This document shows positions 47,973-61,134 of a DNA stretch of 64,000 nt, piece by piece. Positions within the stretch are counted from its first letter, which is position 1; every line of letters begins with the position of its first letter. Source of the DNA: Octopus sinensis (Eukaryota); contig NC_043001.1 of the NCBI RefSeq assembly GCF_006345805.1, positions 14,384,001 through 14,448,000 of the forward strand. Reading direction: 5' to 3'. The notes beneath the pieces are model-generated. The model was not told the DNA's origin and ran no database searches. It was given only the letters and a program-made list of their open reading frames with translations. The position numbers were made by a program, and so were the translations under genes.

Positions 47973-49564
47973 CATATATATATATATATGTATACATATA
48001 TATATATACACATATATATACATATACATACATATTTATACACACATACATATATATAATTTTGCTGTATGTGTCTGTCAAGCAAAAAGTTGTCTACAGT
48101 ATTGTTCATAAGGATTGCGTAACTTGCAGCTGATGTAGGAAAAACTTGCAATCTTAGTATCGGCTTTAAAGACACAATGCCACACACATGGAATATATTG
48201 AGGTGGAACATGTGTACATCTTTGACCGTAAAGATCTTTTTAAATCGGTAATCTTTCTAGTCAGCAAAACTTTTTCAAATTTTCAAAAATTTGTCTTTTT
48301 TACTTTTCATAATATTTGTTTTCAATTTTTCTACACTTACGTAATTTTTGTTCCCAGAAATTATCACCTTTTTTCAACAAAAATTAAAAAGGATTCATTG
48401 TAAAGTCTATAAAAAGACATGTAAAAGTGCCCAAGCAGGCTTAGAGAACTTTTGTCGAGTAATGATGAGTCTTATAACAGTCTGTGATGGTCATGCTTGG
48501 ACACAAGTGGACAGCCATAATGTATGTAATGACGGTTTCAATTTTTTGCCCAAGTTCGAAAGAGGGGATTCAACTTGTACTTATTTTATCGATTCCGAAG
48601 GGATGAAAGGCAAAGTCGGTCACGGCGGAATCTGAACTCAGAACGTGAAAACGGACGCATCGTGTATGTAACAATGCGCAGAAATATGTATGTGTGTGGT
48701 ATATATACACATATATAGTGCAAAGGCGGCGAGCTGGCAGAATCGTTAGCACGCCAGGCGAAATGCTTAGCGGTGTTTCGTCTACCGCTGCGTTCTGGGT
48801 TCAAATTCCGCCGAGGTCGACTTCGCCTTTCATCCTTTCGAGGTCGATAAATTAAGTACCAGTTGAGTACTGGGGTCGATGCGATCGACTTACCCCTTCC
48901 CAAAAAATTTCAGGCCTTGTGCCTACAGCAGAAAAGAATATACACATATACAGCACATCTGTTTAGCCGTACGTGTGGAGAACATACACAAACACACACA
49001 CACATATTCACACAAATTAAACACGGTGGTGATATACAAAATTACGACCATATTCAGGAGAGAGAAATCTATGGTATTGTTATAAGTGTGTGTGTGTGTG
49101 GTGACCCCTCCACTCATAGGTGAGGTTTTTGTAGTTCAGCGTTTGTCACCGGATTTAATCAGAAACCAGTATTGTGTCAACCATTTTGACGATACAAAGC
49201 AAAGCTCAAACGAATCTTCCTCATCGGCGCAGGCATGGCTGGGTGGTTAAGAAACTCGCTTCCCCAACCACGTGGTTTCGGGTTCAGGCCCATTGAGCAG
49301 CACCTTGGGTAAAACTTCTACTGCATCCCCAGGTCGACCAATACCACGTGAGTTAATTTGGTAGACGGAAACTGTATAGAAGCCCATCCTATATATATCT
49401 TTTACTCTTTTACTTGCTTCAGTCATTTGAAAGCAAATTGACCCCAGGACTTATTCTTTGTAAGTACTTATTCTATCGGTGTCTTTTGCCGAACCGCTAA
49501 GTTACGGGGACGTAAACACACCAGCATCGGTTGTCAAGTGATGTTGGGGGGGGGTCAGACACAA

Positions 49565-49568
49565 ACGT

Positions 49569-49605
<37 letters not shown>

Positions 49606-49630
49606 CACACACACACACATACACACACAC

Positions 49631-49667
<37 letters not shown>

Positions 49668-49689
49668 TATATAATATACACACACACAC

Positions 49690-49784
<95 letters not shown>

Positions 49785-49885
49785 CACACATATATATATA
49801 ATATATATATACATACACACACACACCACACACACACACATATATATATATATATACACACACCACACACACACACACACACCAC

Positions 49886-49922
<37 letters not shown>

Positions 49923-50048
49923 TATTATATATATATATATATACACCACACACACACACACACACACACTATATATATATATATACATACACACACACAC
50001 ACACACAATATATATATACATACACACACACACCACACACACACACAC

Positions 50049-50085
<37 letters not shown>
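49565..50085. repeat. Alternating (CA)n/(TA)n block mosaic
   Basis: Direct inspection. Confidence 0.95.
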
Positions 50086-50087
<2 letters not shown>

Positions 50088-50864
50088 TTGCTATTATGTT
50101 AAACAGTCGTATTTCCAAATTTGGCCAAACGTATATAGAAAAATGTTTCTGATCATAGGTTTACTCAAACAAGGTTGACCAGGGGTCAACAACACAAGCA
50201 AATGAAATCGTACTAACAATAACAACAACAGGTGGAGGCGCAATGGCCCAGTGGTTAGGGCAGCGGACTCGCGGTCGTAAGAACATGGTTTCGATTCCCA
50301 GACCGGGCATTGTGAGTGTTTATTGAGCAAAAACACCTAAAGCTCCACGAGGCTCCGACAGGGAAAAGGAGCGAAAGTGTACTTGTTCATAAGGATCTAA
50401 TAGCAATACACTAGTATAAGAAGAAGAAGAAGAAGACAACAGCAGCAGCCACTGCAGATCGTAACATTAAAACAATCACAGCAACAACGAAAATTATCAA
50501 CTGCTATCGCAACAGCATTATAAACTGCACTAGCAACAATGAGGACAGCATTCGCAATTGCTGTCGCAATAACGACAATAAACAGCGGTAACAACAACAA
50601 CAACAAAAGTAGCAGTGACAACAATAGCAGAAACAACAACAACAACAACAACAGCAGCAGCAGCAGCAACTGCAGTGACGAGAACAACAACAATACTAGC
50701 AACTGCACTCGCAACACAACAGCAGCAGCAGCAGTCACATTAGCGATTGTTATCGACGGCGTTAGCAACTGCTGTCGCAGTAACATCGCTTGTGACAGCC
50801 ATAGTCACACTAACAAGACGATCACAGTCGCAGCAGAAACGGCACAGTCTTTCCTTTTCTACTC

Positions 50865-51640
50865 TAGGCACAAAGCCTGAAATTTTGGGGGAGGGGGGCA
50901 GTCGATTAGATCGACTCCAATATGCAACTGGTACTTAATTTATCGAAAGGATGAACGACAAAGTCTACCTCGGCGGAATTTGAAATCAGAACGCAGCGGC
51001 GGATGAAATACCGCTGAGCATTTCGTCCGGCGTGCTGTTTCTTATTTCTTTACTACCCACAAGGGGCTAAACACAGAGGGGACAAACAAGGACAGACAAA
51101 CGGATTAAGTCGATTACATCGACTCCAGTGCGTAACTGGTACTTAATTTATCGACCTCGAAAGGATGAAAGGCAAAGTCAGCCTCGGCGGAATTTGAACT
51201 CAGAACGTAGCGGCAAACGAAATACCTATTTCTTTACTACCCACAAGGGGCTAAACACAGAGAGGACAAACAAGGACAGACAAACGGATTAAGTCGATTA
51301 CATCGACTCCAGTGCGTAACTGGTACTTAATTTATCGACCCAGAAAGGATGAAAGGCAAAGTCGACCTCGGCGGAATTTGAACTCAGAACGTAGCGGCAA
51401 ACGAAATACCTATTTCTTTACTACCCACAAGGGGCTAAACACAGAGAGGACAAACAAGGACAGACAAACGGATTAAGTCGATTACATCGACTCCAGTGCG
51501 TAACTGGTACTTAATTTATCGGCCCCGAAAGGATGAAAGGCAAAGTCGACCTCGGCGGAATTTGAACTCAGAACGTAGCGGCAGACGAAATGCCGCTAGA
51601 CATTTCGTCCGGCGTGCTAACGTTTCTGCCAGTTCGCCGA
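50865..51640 (-). mobile_element. SINE-C multimer (three 184-bp-type units plus one unit with the alternative tail)
   Basis: Junctions at about 51042, 51226, 51410; alternative GGGGGAGGGG tail at 50865-50900. Confidence 0.9.
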
Positions 51641-53557
51641 CGTAGCAGAAACGACACATTACCAAATGTATTAGTGACAACCAATTCTACTAAATCACCT
51701 TCAATTTCTGTTCCTCTTTAATGACAACCAATACGGCTTTCGTGATGCCTAATCCGTTGGAGACCTACTCTCGCGTGTCACTCGCCAATAACCTCTCGCC
51801 CTCGAGAAATTTTGGTGAAAGCAACGTTGTTGCCCTCGACACAAGCAAAACTCTCAAGCGTGTTTGGCACGCGAGTCTCCTGTCAAAATTGCTCACCTTT
51901 GTATTCCATCGCCAAACAAGTAGACACAAGTACGTGTGCGAGTCTAAATTTATGTATGTATACGTGTATATATGTATGCATGTATGTAAGCATGCATGTA
52001 TGTATGCATGTAAGCATGTATGCATGTATGTATACGTGCATGTATGCATGTATATACGTATGTATGTATGCATGTATGTATGTATGCATGTATGTATACG
52101 TGTATGTATGCATTTATGTATGTATGTATATGTATGAATGCATGCATGTATGTATACATGTATGTATCCATGTAGGTATGTATACGTGCGTGTATGCATG
52201 CATGTATGTATGTGTGTATACGTGTATACATGTATGTATGCACAAAAGACACAAAATAGACAGACACACACATATGTCTTGCTTAATTCGTGCAAAAGAT
52301 GTCTTCCCTGCTGACTCTGTCACAACCGCAACAAACGGAATTGAAACTCTGTCGTGGTTTGACTCCCAGTTCACCCTTAATACAGACGGAACTATTCACC
52401 AAAGATCTTCCAGCCATGCTAATTTCCTCTAATTGTATATCAGAAATTATAGTCCAACGTATCCTTTATTTTAAAATGGTAACCACTAATGATTCGAGAA
52501 GGATTTGGCTTCGATTTCTAGCTTGTCGAATGACCACATAGGCGGCATCTCATTGCTGCTGCTACAGTTGTTGATTAGACCCGGTTTTCTCAAATGCATT
52601 CCAGCCATGACCACCATTCAAACTGTTCTTAAACTCTTGTTTAAGTTTGTCTCATTCAGATCTTCGGTCAAAATCCTTTCAGTAGGTGAGTATTCGACGT
52701 CCTAGAAACAGCAGCCAAATCGTTCTCAAATCACACTTCACCAAATCAAGTACTAGGATATCTTCTATTATAATTCCGTTCATATCTAAGATCCTTTATA
52801 GGTATATATATTTCTTTATTGCCCACAAGGGGAATAAACATAGAGAGGACAAACAAGGACAGACAAACGGATTGAGTCGATTATATTGACCCAGTGCGTA
52901 ACTGGTACTTTATTTATCGACCCCGAAAGGACGAAAGGCAAAGTCGACGTCGGCGGAATTTGAACTCAGAACGTAGCGGCAGACGAAATACCTATTTCTT
53001 TACTACCCACAAGGGGCTAAACACAGAGGGGAGAAACAAGGACAGACAAACGGATTAAGTCGATTACATCGACCCCAGTGCATAACTGGTACTTAATTTA
53101 TCGACACCGAAAGTATGAAAGGCAAAGTCGACCTCGGCGGAATTTGAACTCAGAACGTAACGGCAGACGAAATACCGCTAAGCATTTCACTCGGCGTGCC
53201 AACGTTTCTGCCAGCTCAAGGAACTCCGCATCTGTGTCACTTTAATGTTCTTATAATTGGAATAAAGACAGCCAAAGTCGAGCTCAGCTGTAGCTAAACT
53301 CAACCCTGGTGTACTCCAAAGTTCTTTTTTGATCCCTGCAACCTTCTCCTTACACATCGACAACCTGCATGCCGTCACCTCCAGCAACATTCACCACTCA
53401 TTCAAACACAGATGAACAACAGTTCTCCCTGCCTAACCTTGTGCAACCAGTCTTCATCCACGTTCAAACTTAGGCATATCTCACCAAATCTACACTGATT
53501 CTATGAAGGGAGACCTCGGAAGCATCTTTTAACAATCTTGTCTCTTTCGCCTTGGCT

Positions 53558-53868
53558 CTCCGTCGGTTTTGATGGCGTGGGTTCCAACTGATCCGATCAA
53601 TGGAACAGCCTGCTTGTGAAATTAACTTGCAAGTGGCTGAGCACTCCACAGACACGTGTACGCTTAACGTAGTTCTCAGGGAGTTCCCTCGTGATAGTGA
53701 ACGTGACAAGGCTGGCCCCTTTGAAATACAGGTAAAACTCGATGTTGTCAGTTGAGCAGACTAGAGCAACATGAAATAAAGTGTCTTGCTCAAGGACGCA
53801 ACGCGCCGCCGGGAATCGAAATCATGACCTTACGATCATGAGCCAAATACCCTAAACAGTAAGCCACA
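53558..53868 (-). mobile_element. CORE-like SINE, tail type ii
   Basis: Reverse complement of the 9203-9523 family. Confidence 0.75.
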
Positions 53869-53899
53869 AGACATAATTGTTACACTTACTAATATTATC

Positions 53900-54124
53900 T
53901 ATTTCTTCACTGCCCACAAGGGGCTAAACATAGAGGGGACAAACAAGGACAGACAAACGGATTAAGTCGATTACATCGACCCCAGTGCGTAACTGGTACT
54001 TTATTTATCGACCCCGAAAGGATGAAAGGCAAAGTCGACTTCGGCGGAATTTGAACTCAGAACGTAGCGGCAGACGAAATACGGCTAAGCCCGACGTGCT
54101 AACGTTTCTGCCAGCTCGCCGCCT
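53900..54124 (-). mobile_element. SINE-C monomer with 20-bp TSD
   Basis: TTACACTTACTAATATTATC at 53880-53899 and 54125-54144. Confidence 0.9.
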
Positions 54125-55314
54125 TTACACTTACTAATATTATCGCATCCTCCTTCACCTCTTCCTTTTGTAAACATAAACAACACACACATACGATCCT
54201 CAAAATCGCTACAAAACATTATGCGGGGCCTCACTGTCGTTGAGGATTTCTCCTGGAGAATGCACATCTTCGAGTCACACAGACTGGCCTTCGTCTTCGG
54301 GGCCAGAAAATATGCATCCGGACCACATTCAAATATCAAAGAATGGTATTGTCAAACTAAAAGAGAAGGTTGACTTTGCCTTTCGTCCTTTTACGGGGTT
54401 TATAAATTAAGTACCAGTTACGCACTGGGGTCGATGTAATCGACTTACTCCGTTTGTCTGTCCTTGTTTGTCCCCTCTATGTCTAGCCCCTTGTGGGTAG
54501 TAAAGAAATAGGTATTTCGTCTGCCGCTACGTCCTGAGTTCAAATTCCGCCGAGATCGACTTTGCCTTTCATCCTTTCGGGGTCGATTAAATAAGTACCA
54601 GTTACGCACTGGGGTCGGCATAATCGACTTAATCCCTTTGTCTGTCCTTGTTTGTCACCTCTGTGTGTAGCCCCTAATGGGCAGTAAAGAAATCAGAATA
54701 CTAGGGTTTCAATGTGTTTCATTGTTTCAAATCAGGGAGATAAACCGATGGAGGATAAGATTCGTGCAGTCTCCTTTTGAACGCCCAACAACTCTAAAAA
54801 TTAGGTTTCGAGGATTACTCAAGTTTTTTTTAGGTTGTCTCATAATATATTTAGTGTTTAAGACATATAAAACGAAAACAGGCACAAAATAAAGCTGGAG
54901 AGATTTCGTTCGCATAGTAAACAAGAAGGAAAATTTTAGGAGTTAAACCATTGCAAAACATCACGCACAATATTATCACTCCTTAACACAAGGCTTTATC
55001 TTAAGCGTAACGCTTGTCCTGTCCGATTGGACGCCATATTGATACACGACTTCAATGGCGGGCATTACGTTATTTATTACGCATCTGAACACACATTCAA
55101 ATATCAAAGAACGGTATTGTCAAACTAAAAGAGAAAGTTTTAATGCAATCTAGCTAAGCATATGAACAAATTTCTCGCATAAATCGATCGAGTTTGCCTC
55201 TCCAGAAGATTTTCTTAAATTTCTCCTAAATGTCTTAAACGTCCATGTTTGTTTTCCGACTTTTAATTCGCCCTTGTTTCATACGTTCTGAGTAATGTTG
55301 GTTTTACATTTTCG

Positions 55315-55830
55315 CACCAGTGCTCGACTGGTACTTGATTTATCGACCCCGAAAGGATGAAAGGCAAAGTCGACCTCGGTGGAATCTGAACTCAGAACGT
55401 AAAGACGGACAAAATACCTATTTCTTTACTACCCACAAGGGGCCAAACACAGAGAGGACAAACAAGGACAGACAAACGGACCAAGTCGATTACATCGACC
55501 CCAGTGCGTAACTGGTACTTAATTTATCGACCCCGAAAGAATGAAAGACTAAGTCGACCTCGTCGGAATTTGAACTCAGAACGTATCGGCAGACGAAATA
55601 CCTATTTCTTTATTACCCACAAGGGGCTAAACACAGAGGGGACAAACAAGGACAGACATAGGTATTAAGTCGATTACATCGACCCCAGTGCGTAACTTGT
55701 ACTTAATTTATCGACCCCGAAAGAATGAAAGACTAAGTCGACCTCGGCGGAATTTGAACTCAGAACGTATCGGCAGACGAAATACCGCTAAGCATTTCGC
55801 CCGGCGTGCTAACGATTCTGCCATCTCACT
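55315..55830 (-). mobile_element. SINE-C trimer
   Basis: Units joined at AAATAC|CTATTTC; two share diagnostic GAAAGAATGAAAGACTAAG. Confidence 0.85.
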
Positions 55831-55840
55831 AACCTACATC

Positions 55841-56007
55841 CAGGGCCGGCTCGAGGTACCGGCAACTCGAGCAGTTACCCGGGGCGTCATGTGCTAGGGG
55901 GCACCAAGGAGCGCGTGACAAAAACAGGGAAATTTCCACAACCGTCAGCTTGTACACGCCGATGGTCAGCTTGCCCGGGGTGCCAGCAAACCTTAGGGCT
56001 GACCCTG
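55841..56007. mobile_element. hAT-like MITE with 8-bp TSD
   Basis: CAGGGCCGGCTC / GGGCTGACCCTG; flanks CCTACATC and CCAACATC. Confidence 0.75.
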
Positions 56008-56291
56008 CCAACATCTTAAGCAAATTAGAGCTTTCCTTTCATCAGTCCCGACCCGAATTACTCTGATGGTTGAAAAACATTGGTAATGGGTACCATTTAT
56101 GATGCATGGACGCCGGAGAAACATGTCTTGTGTATCACGTGATCCACAGAATAGGCAAAGGGATATTAGCGCTACGAACGACAACCAATCACAATAAAAC
56201 GTTATTTCAGGAAAAACAGAAAATCTTAATAAAGAATACCTAGGAAGGGATTCACAATAACCAACTGCAGTTTATAAAAGGTTTCCGCAAT

Positions 56292-56899
56292 TAAAGCGGC
56301 GAGCTGGCAGACACGTTAGCGCGCCGGGCGAAATGCTTAGCGGTATTTCGTCTGTTGTTACGTTCTGAGTTCAAATTCCGCCGAGGTTGACTTTGCCTTT
56401 CATCCTCGCGTGGTCGATAAATTAAGTACCAGTTACGCACTGGGGTCGATGTAATCGACTTAATCCGTTTGTCTGTCCTTGTTTGTCCCCTCTATGTTTA
56501 GCCCCTTGTGGGTAATAAAGAAATAGAAATAGGTATTTCGTCTGTTGTTACGTTCTGAGTTCAAATTCCGCCGAGGTCGACTTTGCCTTTCATCCTTTCG
56601 GGGTCGATAAATTAAGTACCTGTTACGCACTTGGGTCGATGTAATCGACTTAATACCTATGTCTGTCCTTGTTTGTCTCCTCTGTGTTTAGCCCCTTGTG
56701 GGTAATAAAGAAATAGGTATTTCATCTGTCTTCGTGTTCTGAGTTCAAATTCCGCCGAGGTTGACTTTGCCTTTCATCCTCGCGTGGTCGATAAATTAAG
56801 TACCAGTTACGCACTGGGGTGGATGTAATTGACTTAATCCGTTTGTCTGTCCTTGTTTGTCCCCTCTATGTTTAGCCCCTTGTGGGCAATAAAGAAATA
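56292..56899 (+). mobile_element. SINE-C trimer with 19-bp TSD
   Basis: TATAAAAGGTTTCCGCAAT at 56273-56291 and 56900-56918. Confidence 0.92.
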
Positions 56900-57383
56900 T
56901 ATAAAAGGTTTCCGCAATCCAGTAGATGTACTACTACATCAGCTAATACCAGCAGCAGATTAGGTCGCAAAAGATAATTACTGCGAACGAGATGTCAATT
57001 TTGTAATTGTAAATGTATTTCTTAAAGCCTCATCTAATTTGCTAAAACATTCAAAGGAAAACTGAGCAGCACAAACTAATAAAAGCCCTGCGGAGCGTTA
57101 AATAGAAAACTTCAAATGATTGAATTTTGCTTATAAAGAAAGAACCTACGAAGAAATCGGTTCTGGTTCTATGAGAAAAAATCAAATTATTATTGCGTTT
57201 TGCTAACAGAACAAAGCTCTAAGCATTACTCATGAGGGTCATATTGGGATGAGGTGGGGTAGCAACTTCTAACAAGTAAAAGTATGGTGACCCAATATCG
57301 ACGAAGATATGGAGTCAATAATTAGGAATTGCTTGATGTGGGTATCATTTAGACCGCCCTGACCTGTTCGAATCCTTAATAAT

Positions 57384-57599
57384 AGGCGCAGGAGTGGCTG
57401 TGTGGTAAGTAGCTTGCTTACCAACCACATGGTTCCGGGTTCAGTCCCACTGCGTGGCACATTGGACAAGTGTGTTCTACTATAGCCTCGGGCCGACTAA
57501 AGCCTTGTGAGTGGATTTTGTAGACGGAAACTGAAAGAAGCCCGTCGTATATATGTACATGTATATATGTATATATGTATATATATATATATATATATA

Positions 57600-57631
<32 letters not shown>

Positions 57632-57762
57632 TATATATATATATATAGCACCGTGACCAACCAGGCTATCAGCTGTTGCTACACATCGCAGGTCACAATG
57701 CGCTTCGCATTGTTTTAGCTTTCAAATGACGCCACCCCGCTGGCTAAGCGAGCAGGCCAAGT

Positions 57763-57797
<35 letters not shown>

Positions 57798-58010
57798 TAT
57801 ATATATCTGTGTGTCTGTGTTTGTCCTCCTCAACATCGCTTGACAACCGATGCTGGTGTGTTTACGTCCCCATAACTTAGCGGTTCGGCAAAAGACACCG
57901 ATAGAATAAGTACTAGGCTTACAAACAATATGTCCTGGTGTCGATTTGCTCGACTAAAGGCGGTGCTCCAGCATGGCCGCAGTCAAATGACTGAAACAAG
58001 TAAAAAAGAA
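57384..58010 (+). mobile_element. SINE-B carrying an antisense SINE-A tail (57648-57760) in its (TA)n
   Basis: Family matches; splits the Gypsy integrase remnant. Confidence 0.9.
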
Positions 58011-59080
58011 TGTCTACAATGCCACACGTATGGGAAGAACCACAGAGAGATTTTAAAGACCAGTCACCGAGAGGAAAATCCCGATCATTTATTATCGATG
58101 CAGCATCGAATTGACCGTAAATATTAGTCGTGGACTCGACCAGAAATTGGAACTTAATCGGGTTCTTTCAATTCCTTTTTATATTTTGAGGAATCCCAAA
58201 ATGGATTCTTTCTGGGAACGGTCTGCAGTTTTATAAGCTTTAAGTTTCAAAAATGGAAAATTGGGAACTCATCACCAGAGTGGTACACCATTTCTTCCTA
58301 AAGCAACCCCGACCTGGAAAGACTTCCTGAGCTCCAAGTTACGCTCCCTGTCGAGTAACGTTACTCCAGAGATCCTTTAGTAGTTCCCAAACTTTTTCAG
58401 GCTGCCGCCCCCTTGGCACCCAGGCCACATTCCTAGCGACCCTCACTTTCTGCAGCAAATTCAAAACAACTGTATTTCACAAATAAAACTTCAAGAGACA
58501 AACTGCGCCACTGTCAACCAATCAGGCAGTGGACACAACAAGGTCAAGATAGCCGAAGATGGTTGTTACCTAACACGAGATCATTTCTAATATATATCTC
58601 AAACAATGAGGATATCAGCTACGCTACAAACCTATATTTCGTTTTTACATCTTTCACCCCATTTCGGCCACGCCATTATCATCCCACTTTTCTTCAACAT
58701 CTCCTGGATATTTCCACCCTCCCCCAAGAGAGCAGTACTGCCCACTTTGGGAACCACTGCTTTGGAGGAACTCCATTTCGGCCGCTTGTATTCGCGATCA
58801 TACTCTTCCAGTAATAAGGCAACATTCATGTTGAATAATCATTGTTATCTTCAAAAATCGATAACCACGAAAGTACCAACGAAACTTCAATTTGGCTTAA
58901 TTTGTCATCAAGTCAATAAGAGAAGCGGCGAAACGATCTTTAGGTGGTTGAAAACACTCACAGAGATTATATCTAACGTCAAGCAATGTAGCTTGAGAAA
59001 AAAGCAAGCGTTCGAATAACGATAAACCCGATATTTGTCGAAAGCTTAAACGTGAATCAAGTTTACAGAATGGATTAACC

Positions 59081-59620
59081 CAGTGATTCCCAAACTTTTT
59101 CGAGCCGTCGCCCCCTTGGTACCCAGACCACATTCCTAGCACCTCATCCTCAACTCACTCACCACCACAAACACTGACCACTTTCTGCATCAAATTCAAA
59201 ACATCTGTATTATTTTACTTAACCTAATTAACTCATCAGTGGAGGCGCGTGGCTTAGTGGTTAGGGTGATCGTGAGATTGGGGTTTCGATTCCTGGGCTG
59301 GGCGACGCGTTATGTTCTTGAGCAAAACACTTCATTTCACATTGCTCCAGTCCACTCAGCTGGCAAAAATGAGTAACGCTGCGATGGACTGGCGTCCCGT
59401 CCAGCTGGGGAACACATACGCCACTGAAACCGGGAAACCGGGCCCATAGGCCTGGCTAGGCTTTAAAAGGGTGCATTTATTTTTATTAATTAACTCACCT
59501 TGTTTTTATATCCATCACCCACTTCTAACCACTCCGTTATCGCATCCCTTTTTCTTCGGCGCCCCTTCGATCTTTCCACCGCCCTCGGAGGGACAGTACC
59601 ACCCACTTTGGGCTTCACTG
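59081..59620. mobile_element. hAT-like MITE with perfect 8-bp TSD
   Basis: GATTAACC at 59073-59080 and 59621-59628; CAGTGATTCCCAAA / TTTGGGCTTCACTG termini. Confidence 0.85.
59236..59486 (+). mobile_element. CORE-like SINE, tail type iv, nested in the hAT MITE
   Basis: TAATTAACTCA at 59225-59235 and 59487-59497 (11-bp TSD). Confidence 0.85.
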
Positions 59621-60337
59621 GATTAACCTATTAAAGTGTTCAACGAGGATAATTATCTCAAGAGAGTGAAGCTGGCCAATAATCACCGAAAAAAGATCAA
59701 ACCTGCGTATGTCAACATCAATGAATAAGAGTATTCCAACGATCCAATACAGTCTTTAATAGAAATGTTCTAGAACCCTCTCTGTGACGCAATCGGTTAT
59801 ATTGTTCGGTAGTTAACTGAGAGGCTGATGGTTCAAGTCTACCCACGGACGAATCTCTTTAATTTGCAAAATGTTTAGGTGGCGAGCTGGCAGAATTGTT
59901 AGCACGCCGGACAAAATGCTTAGCGGGATTTCTTCCTTCTCTACGTTCTGAGTTCAAATTCTGCTGAGGTCAACTTTACCTTTTGTCCTTTCGGAGTCGA
60001 GAAAACAAGTACCAGTTGAGCACTGGGGTCGATGTATCGACTTACCCACTCGACCAAAATTTCAGACTTTATGCCTGTTATGGAACATGTGGTTGAGAAG
60101 AAAACTGCCTACAAGACAGCCACGCCTATATATATATAGGCCTCTGTGTGTGTGTGTGTTATATAGTATGGGTTCATAATTCATATCGTGACCTGGAAAG
60201 CTCGAATCAACTTATCCATGTAAATAGCAGGTAAAAACCTTCCCCTGAAGGAAGGAACTTAAAATTATAAAACTCCAATGAACTCAGCAATGAAATACAT
60301 ACATATATATATTATATATAATATATATATATATATA

Positions 60338-60416
<79 letters not shown>

Positions 60417-60417
<1 letters not shown>

Positions 60418-60623
60418 GGTCCCGGGTTGAGTCGGGGTTACCCACAGTAAATAAGGTACTCATACATAGCAGAGTAAATTAATTATTTTATAGAAGGAGC
60501 TTCTACAGGACTAGAACTGTTTCATTCAAAAGAAATCATCAGGAGCTTCCTGGTGATTTCTTTTGAATGAACAGTTCTAGTCCTGTGGAAGCTCCTTCTA
60601 TAAATAAATATATATATATATAT

Positions 60624-60657
<34 letters not shown>

Positions 60658-60690
60658 TTTATAGAAGGAGCTTCCACAGGACTAGAACTG
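60417..60690. mobile_element. Penelope-like terminal fragments forming a 118-bp palindrome (60487-60604), plus a third partial copy (60661-60690)
   Basis: Inverted arms with 3-nt centre, embedded in (TA)n; TACTCT...GAGTACC tail on minus. Confidence 0.65.
60496..60547 (-). ncRNA. Type I hammerhead-like motif with intact core
   Basis: agctc CTGATGA t-ttc-tttt-gaa-t GAAA cag-ttctagtc-ctg TA gaagct; GUA triplet, stem I with one bulge, non-canonical U-U at 10.1/11.1. Confidence 0.6.
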
Positions 60691-60920
60691 TAAGGGTGTG
60701 AATAATTAATACTTTAGATATATATATATATATATATATATATTACACACGTATTAATTATACACACCCTTACGCATATACACGCGCGTCAATGTTTGGT
60801 CTGCTGTATGCGCACAAAATTGTCTGCGTAAAAGTGTTTTTGGTGTGTATTGGCACTCGTTTCAATGTACGATATATACGCATGTCCTTAATAAATATAT
60901 ATATATATATATATATAGAG

Positions 60921-61020
60921 NNNNNNNNNNNNNNNNNNNNNNNNNNNNNNNNNNNNNNNNNNNNNNNNNNNNNNNNNNNNNNNNNNNNNNNNNNNNNNNN
61001 NNNNNNNNNNNNNNNNNNNN
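60921..61020. other. Assembly gap (100 N)
   Basis: Direct inspection. Confidence 1.
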
Positions 61021-61134
61021 TACCAGGAGACAAGCACGTGATTTTCAAACCGAAAAGATCCGAAATGAGTTTAAAATTGTTTGGGTTGTATCACAGCGTC
61101 TTTTTTTAATGCTTGCTCCCCCCTAACTTTTGAA

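Larger units (their letters stand above)
51690..54350 (+). pseudogene. Fragmented CR1/Jockey-group LINE reverse transcriptase
   Basis: DNQYGFR...GDLL...FGESNVVALDTSK..KRVWHASLLSKL (51700-51900); NPGVLQSS.L.P..F.L.ID.L (about 53300); GLTV..DFSW..HI and F.ARKY (54220-54320); interrupted by microsatellite and SINEs. Confidence 0.7.
54695..59070 (+). pseudogene. Fragmented Ty3/Gypsy pol (RT end, RNase H, integrase)
   Basis: DKIRAV...RPTTLK (54750); NACPVRLDAILI...VIYYAS and ERYCQTKRES (55010-55140, RNase H); KALSITHEGHIG and KVW*PNIDEDMESIIRNC (57210-57340, HHCC); WEE...DFK...IIDA and GIPKWILSGNG.QF (58030-58230); GTPFR...RDHTLP (58765-58810). Confidence 0.8.
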
